Below the pieces are notes generated by a model. The model did no database searches and was not told where the DNA came from. It saw only the letters and a program-made list of their open reading frames with translations. A stretch of 64,000 nt of DNA, taken from NCBI GenBank assembly GCA_047601445.1, contig JASGJH010000001.1, positions 5,632,001 through 5,696,000 on the forward strand, given 5' to 3'. Positions 59,526 to 64,000 of this stretch are shown here, in pieces. This DNA comes from Myxococcales bacterium (GTDB taxonomy: Bacteria; Myxococcota_A; Polyangia; Polyangiales; DASUME01). Numbering within the stretch: the stretch's first letter is position 1; every line of letters starts with the position of its first letter. Made by a program: the position numbers and the translations under genes.

Positions 59526-59752
59526 CCAGCGGGAGCAAGAACTCCCCTTCAGCGCGCATGGCACGCCCCGCGTAAAGCAAAGAACGGACGTGCGACCAAG
59601 TCAGCCCCCATGAGCCGCGTTGTCTGAGCGAAACTCAAGTGCGCTCAAGGAGCGAGTTCGCGGCCCACCGGGACAAGCGATCGATCGACGTACGACGGTG
59701 GATCAAAGCCCATGGCGACCGCGCGCTGAAGGGGAGTTCTTGCTCCCGCTGG
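59526..59752 (+). repeat. Hairpin element copy D (third arm variant)
   Basis: Arms 59526-59557 and 59721-59752 are a perfect 32-bp inverted repeat; core catgagccgcgttgtctgagcgaaactc...aggagcgagttcgcggccc. Confidence 0.9.
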
Positions 59753-59988
59753 AGCTCCTTCGAGTACACGAGGGCCCAACAGAGAGCCCTTCGAAAAGCC
59801 GACGCGGAAGCGTGCGCTAGCCGTCGAACGCTCATGATTGCGGCGAAGTCACGAGCTCGCACGCGTACCGCAACGTGGGTCGCTGGCTTTGCAAAAAGTT
59901 GCTTGCGGGCTGAACTCCGCAAGACTGTCTGGCAACCATTCGTACAGAGGCGCGACAACCTGCGCGCTTGAAACGAGGAGGATGCTCC

Positions 59989-60522
59989 ATGCGAGCTCAC
60001 TATCTGCGCTCTTGTTTGGTCGTAGCTCTCGGGGTCGGCGTCGGCGCTGTAGCGGCCTGCGGTAGCGACAACAACGAAACCTACAACGATGCTGGCGCTG
60101 GTGACGGCGATGGCGATGGTGACGGTGATGGTGATGGCGACGCCGGGGGCGGCGATGGCGACGCCGGGGGCGGCGTCATCCCGACCCTCAACGGCTGCGC
60201 GCCCAGTGACTACAAGGATGAGACTGCATCCTCGTCCGATCGCGTGGTCACGATCGCACCCGGGGGCAAGCTCGAGTACTCGCCCAAGTGCATGACCATC
60301 AAGGTCGGCCAGAAGGTGAAGTGGGAGGGCGATCTCTCGAAGCATCCGCTCGACCACGGAAGCCCCACCAACGAGGACCTCGGCAGCCCCAATTCGCCAA
60401 TCAAGGAAACCAAGAGCGGCGACAGCGTGGAGTTCACCTTCTCGGCGCCCGGCACCTATCCCTACTACTGCGAGGTGCACGGCACGCTCGGCATGGTGGG
60501 TAGCATTCACGTCGAAGAGTAA
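59989..60522 (+). CDS. Plastocyanin/azurin-like blue copper lipoprotein
   Basis: Lipobox VAAC; GD-repeat linker; H...YYCEVH...M type-1 copper ligands; GAGGAGG RBS. Confidence 0.88.
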   Translation: MRAHYLRSCLVVALGVGVGAVAACGSDNNETYNDAGAGDGDGDGDGDGDGDAGGGDGDAGGGVIPTLNGCAPSDYKDETASSSDRVVTIAPGGKLEYSPKCMTIKVGQKVKWEGDLSKHPLDHGSPTNEDLGSPNSPIKETKSGDSVEFTFSAPGTYPYYCEVHGTLGMVGSIHVEE

Positions 60523-60528
60523 GAGCTT

Positions 60529-60606
60529 CGGGGAGGTCGCGTGACCTCCCAGCTAAAACACCGCGACGGGCGGGGAGGTCGCGTGACCTCCCCGCTAAAC
60601 ACCGCG
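60529..60606. repeat. Tandem pair of REP-like palindromes (42-bp period)
   Basis: cggggaggtc-gcgt-gacctccc(a/c)gctaaa(a)caccgcg twice, between convergent stop codons. Confidence 0.8.
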
Positions 60607-61197
60607 CATTTGGAACGTGTAGCGCGTGACCAGGCGCGCGTCGGAGTGCCGCTGCAGGAGCTCCGATCGCACATCGCAGTCGATGCCGAGCTCATCCCGG
60701 ATTCCCTCGAAGAAGGGGTGCAGCGTGGGCCACGTCAGCTGGTCCACCAGTCCAAGGCTTTCCGCCGCGCGATAGTAACGGTCCACGCCGCTCAAGCGCA
60801 CGCTGCATAGCCGTTCGTCGTAGTGCTCCACGTGGAACACGTATTCGGGGCTCGCGTTGTAGATGGCTGAGATGAGCAAGGCCACCAGGTCGCGCACGTC
60901 GCCATGGAAGATGGGCGTGCTCGCGTGCTGCGCGCGTGTGGCGCGTGTCTTGGCTCGGCCCAAGCGATAGAACAGCGCGCGCGAGGCGCGGTCCACGGCA
61001 TGGGCACCCATTTGCTCGGACATCACTTGCAGCAGCAGTCCGTAGAACAACGAGGTCACCTTGGAGAGGTCCGTGGCGAGCTCTCCAGGATCGGCCGGGA
61101 AGAATGCGCCCATCAGCAAGCGTGCGTCTTGCCCTGGATGAAAGTGGTCCTCGGAGCGCATGGACTGGGCGAACGCGAGATCGGCACTCATACGCAT
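60595..61197 (-). CDS. Hypothetical protein, possibly V4R/ATC-hydrolase-like fold
   Basis: 200-aa ORF overlapping the S66 peptidase stop; the fold guess rests on a helix/strand pattern only. Confidence 0.6.
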   Translation of the reverse strand: MRMSADLAFAQSMRSEDHFHPGQDARLLMGAFFPADPGELATDLSKVTSLFYGLLLQVMSEQMGAHAVDRASRALFYRLGRAKTRATRAQHASTPIFHGDVRDLVALLISAIYNASPEYVFHVEHYDERLCSVRLSGVDRYYRAAESLGLVDQLTWPTLHPFFEGIRDELGIDCDVRSELLQRHSDARLVTRYTFQMRGV

Positions 61198-62372
61198 ACC
61201 TCGAGCTGGTTTTCGAGGGTGTAGCTGCCGTCGCTGGCGGGTTCGATGCGCGCCATGCCGCCCATGCCGAGCGGATAGTTCATGGCGCCGTGTCCGCAGA
61301 TCTCGGGCTGACGATAGACGGGGATCCGCGTGCGACTCGCCACTTCACTCACGATGGCGTCGAGCTCGGCGCGGTCCAGTTGCGCGGCTTGCTTGCGAGC
61401 CTCGGGTTCGAGCTGCGCGTGAGCGACGCGCTTCATGGGCAGCATGGCGCCGACCAGCAGGGCGGCAGCACCCGTGCGCTCGAGCTGGCGGGCCAGGGAC
61501 GAGAACGTGCGATGGAAGTCGTGGGCGTGCCGGTCGTAGTCCTCGCACAGCACGATGCGGCCGCGCAGGTCGGGCATCCACTCCTTGTCCCGATTCAGCA
61601 GGATCGCGCTCAAGTTGCCACCGGACAGCGGACCCACCACGCCCTGTTCGTGGGCCGCGGCGGCGTCGTTCAGGCGCAGCACACCCGTGTAGCGCACGCT
61701 CGACGCGCCGCGCACCAGCGCCCGCAAGTTGTGCACGTTGGCGCTCGGCAATATCTCCCAGTACGCGCACTGGGTGGTGCTGATGGCGTGAGAGAAGAAG
61801 CCCTGGCCGCGCTGGCTCTGGGCGAACAGAGCCCAGTCGGAGTGATGGCTGAAGCCCCCGAGCAGCACCACGGGCCGCCTGGGACGAAAGCTGCTTTCGG
61901 CGAGCGCGTCGACGACACCGTGGCAGCCGCCCTTGCCGAAGAGCGGGAACACGGCGTCCACTCGGTAGTCATCGAGCAAGCGCACCACGTGACGCACCCG
62001 CTCCTCCGGACTGCCCGCCCAACGCTCGAAGTAGGGTGCCACCGCGGCCTGGGTGCGGTCGATCACGGGTTCGAAGCCGAGCTCGCGAATCAGCGCGGCG
62101 CCGGCGGCGAGGCCGGCCTGATAGTCGAGGGCGATCTCGCGGTCACCGTGCAGGGTGTCGCACAGGATGCCGACGCGTGAGCCCGGCGCGAGCAGGGCGG
62201 GCCCTTTGTGGTAGCCGAAGTCGACGCTGCCCTTGAGCCCGACGAAGGGCACGGGCTCGGGTGCGACCGAGGGCCACGCGAGGCGCGCCCTGGCGAGCGC
62301 GGGCGAGGAGCGTCGCTCGGGCAGAGAATGACGGGGAATTGCGGGAAGTTGGCGGGTCGAATGGATGGCCAT
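61188..62372 (-). CDS. S66-family LD-carboxypeptidase/MccF-like peptidase, divergent
   Basis: WAGSPEERV, LGGFSHHS, GPLSGGNLS, LCEDYD and CGHGAMNYPL motifs, consistent with a Ser-Glu-His triad. Confidence 0.8.
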   Translation of the reverse strand: MAIHSTRQLPAIPRHSLPERRSSPALARARLAWPSVAPEPVPFVGLKGSVDFGYHKGPALLAPGSRVGILCDTLHGDREIALDYQAGLAAGAALIRELGFEPVIDRTQAAVAPYFERWAGSPEERVRHVVRLLDDYRVDAVFPLFGKGGCHGVVDALAESSFRPRRPVVLLGGFSHHSDWALFAQSQRGQGFFSHAISTTQCAYWEILPSANVHNLRALVRGASSVRYTGVLRLNDAAAAHEQGVVGPLSGGNLSAILLNRDKEWMPDLRGRIVLCEDYDRHAHDFHRTFSSLARQLERTGAAALLVGAMLPMKRVAHAQLEPEARKQAAQLDRAELDAIVSEVASRTRIPVYRQPEICGHGAMNYPLGMGGMARIEPASDGSYTLENQLEVCV

Positions 62373-62540
62373 GGCAGGTTCTCTCCGGGGCCGGAGCGAA
62401 CTGCTCCAAGGCCATGAGGAGATGCTGGGCAGACGGCGTGTGAACGGGCGTGAGAGTCAGCGTGGAAATTTCGCGCGCGCGAGGCCGTATGTGGGGATTC
62501 GCATCGCACCCGTGTTGCCACGAGAAGGAACGTCCGCGCC

Positions 62541-64000
62541 ATGTCGGCTCCCGGAGACACCCTGCAGATCCGTATGCTCGGCGAATTGCGCATGTTGCGC
62601 AACGGCGTGCCCCAATCGTTACCTCCCTCCAAGAAGACGCGGGCGCTGCTCGGGTATCTTCTGCTGAGCGGTCGCGAGCAACGGCGCGAGCGTTTGTGCA
62701 GCATGTTCTGGGACGTGGCCGACGACCCGCGAGGCGCGCTGCGCTGGAGTCTGAGCCGATTGCGCAGTCTGCTCGACGATCCACAGGCTGCACGGCTCAA
62801 GCCCGGGCGTGAGACGGTGGGGGTCGAGCTGTTGGGGGCGGAAGTCGACGCGCTCGCCTTGCGGCGAGCCGTGTTCGCGGCCGGCGGCGTCGAGCGCATG
62901 GAGACGGCGGCCCTGGAGCATTGGGCGGAATCATTCTCGGGCGAGCTACTCGAGGGGCTCGATCTGCCGGACTTCGAGGAGTATCAGGCCTTCCTGGTGG
63001 GCCAGCGCGAGGAGCTGCGCGGACTGCGCATCGGCGTGCTCCGTAGTCTGTCGTCGCGCCTGGCCGCGAGCCCAGAGCGCGCGCTTTCGTACGGCCGTTG
63101 CCTGGCGAAGCTCGATCCCGGGAGTTTGAGCGCGCGTGTGGAGCTGTTGCGCCTCGCTCATCTCACGGGTCGAGTCGACGAAGCTACCCAGCACTACACG
63201 GCGGCACGGCGACATTTTCAAGAGATCGGCTCGCGCGACCTGGCGGCGCTCGAACGGGCTTGGCACCAGCTGCGCCAAAGCCCGGCATCTTCGACCGCCA
63301 GCTCCCAGCCGGCGGCGCCCGTGCTGGACGAGTCGGCCCCACGTGTCTCCCGTCTCTCGTGGTCGCTCGGCGCCAACGACAGCGAGGTCATCGGTCGCGG
63401 CGAAGAGCTCGCGTTCTTGCGCACGTGCCTCAAGGGCGTGGTCAGCGAACAGCGCCCCAAGGTCGTCCTGCTGAGCGGTGAGCCTGGTATCGGCAAGTCC
63501 CACGTGTTGCGCTTCTTCAGCGACTGGGCGCGCGCGCGCAACTTGCAAGTGGTGGCCGGCACGGCCTACGAGGGCGAGCGAAGCCGGCCCTACGGTCCCC
63601 TGCTCGACTGCGTACGCGCCACGGGAGAGCTAGCGCCAATCGCGCGCATGGACTCGTCGCACGCCATGCCGGTGTTGGAGGACGAGCGTGCACGTCAGCG
63701 CTCGCGCGAGGAGTTGTTTGCAGGCACGGCCCAGTTCATCGAGCGCTGCGCCGGCAAGGCGGCGGCGCTGTGCTTGATTCTAGAGGACGCGCAGTGGCTC
63801 GATCGTGCGAGCGCGGAGCTCTTGCACTACGCGGCCCGCAGCATGAAGGCGCCCGCCTTGATTCTACTCTCGGTACGCAGCGAGGAGGCCGCCGACAATC
63901 CTGCGCTCGTGCAGCTCTTGCGTGGTTTGCGGCGCGACCGCTTGCTGGAGGAGCGCAGCCTGGCCCCGCTCGACGCCGCCGCCATGGAGGCGCTGCTGGG
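62541..64000 (+). CDS. SARP/BTAD-type transcriptional regulator with AAA (STAND-like) ATPase; runs off the window
   Basis: Hand translation: MSAPGDTLQIRMLGELRML...PPSKKTRALLGYL...RRERLCSMFW...ALRWSLSRLR...GELLEGLD...LSGEPGIGKS...LILEDAQWLD; AGAAGGA RBS. Confidence 0.88.
   Translation, partial: MSAPGDTLQIRMLGELRMLRNGVPQSLPPSKKTRALLGYLLLSGREQRRERLCSMFWDVADDPRGALRWSLSRLRSLLDDPQAARLKPGRETVGVELLGAEVDALALRRAVFAAGGVERMETAALEHWAESFSGELLEGLDLPDFEEYQAFLVGQREELRGLRIGVLRSLSSRLAASPERALSYGRCLAKLDPGSLSARVELLRLAHLTGRVDEATQHYTAARRHFQEIGSRDLAALERAWHQLRQSPASSTASSQPAAPVLDESAPRVSRLSWSLGANDSEVIGRGEELAFLRTCLKGVVSEQRPKVVLLSGEPGIGKSHVLRFFSDWARARNLQVVAGTAYEGERSRPYGPLLDCVRATGELAPIARMDSSHAMPVLEDERARQRSREELFAGTAQFIERCAGKAAALCLILEDAQWLDRASAELLHYAARSMKAPALILLSVRSEEAADNPALVQLLRGLRRDRLLEERSLAPLDAAAMEALL

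Noticed and set aside
51459..59752. Retron msr-msd or canonical integron attC identity for the hairpin element
   Set aside because: There is no reverse transcriptase or integron integrase in the window, and I see no RYYYAAC/GTTRRRY ends. Kept only as an analogy.
60085..60175. GGCGAT/GGTGAC hexamer repeat
   Set aside because: Encodes the GD linker of the cupredoxin lipoprotein; ordinary low complexity.

Overview
GC-rich chromosomal window that looks myxobacterial: it has a MYXO-CTERM-type tail, an FHA-GAF sigma-54 activator, three Hanks-type Ser/Thr kinases and many Cys-rich lipoproteins. It carries about 48 protein-coding genes. These include an OlsB/OlsA-like aminolipid acyltransferase pair, greB, a liv ABC operon with a LivK-LivH fusion, an 18-kb cluster of kinases and large surface proteins, and two genes split by single-base frameshifts. 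I found no rRNA, tRNA or CRISPR array. The most unusual signal is a ~230-245 bp non-coding element present four times (51459-51700, 52638-52877, 53067-53309, 59526-59752). Its ~165-bp core is conserved, but its 32-38 bp terminal arms come in three different sequences, each an almost perfect inverted repeat within its own copy. Two direct copies bracket a lone gene resembling the Pycsar transmembrane effector (PycTM), like a cassette. Also present are a short REP-like palindrome family with a compensatory base-pair change, two long GTGGC/GCCAC imperfect palindromes (one holding an orphan IS481-like end) and a probable unannotated small gene with its own terminator. All family assignments come from motif recognition by eye, not from database searches.
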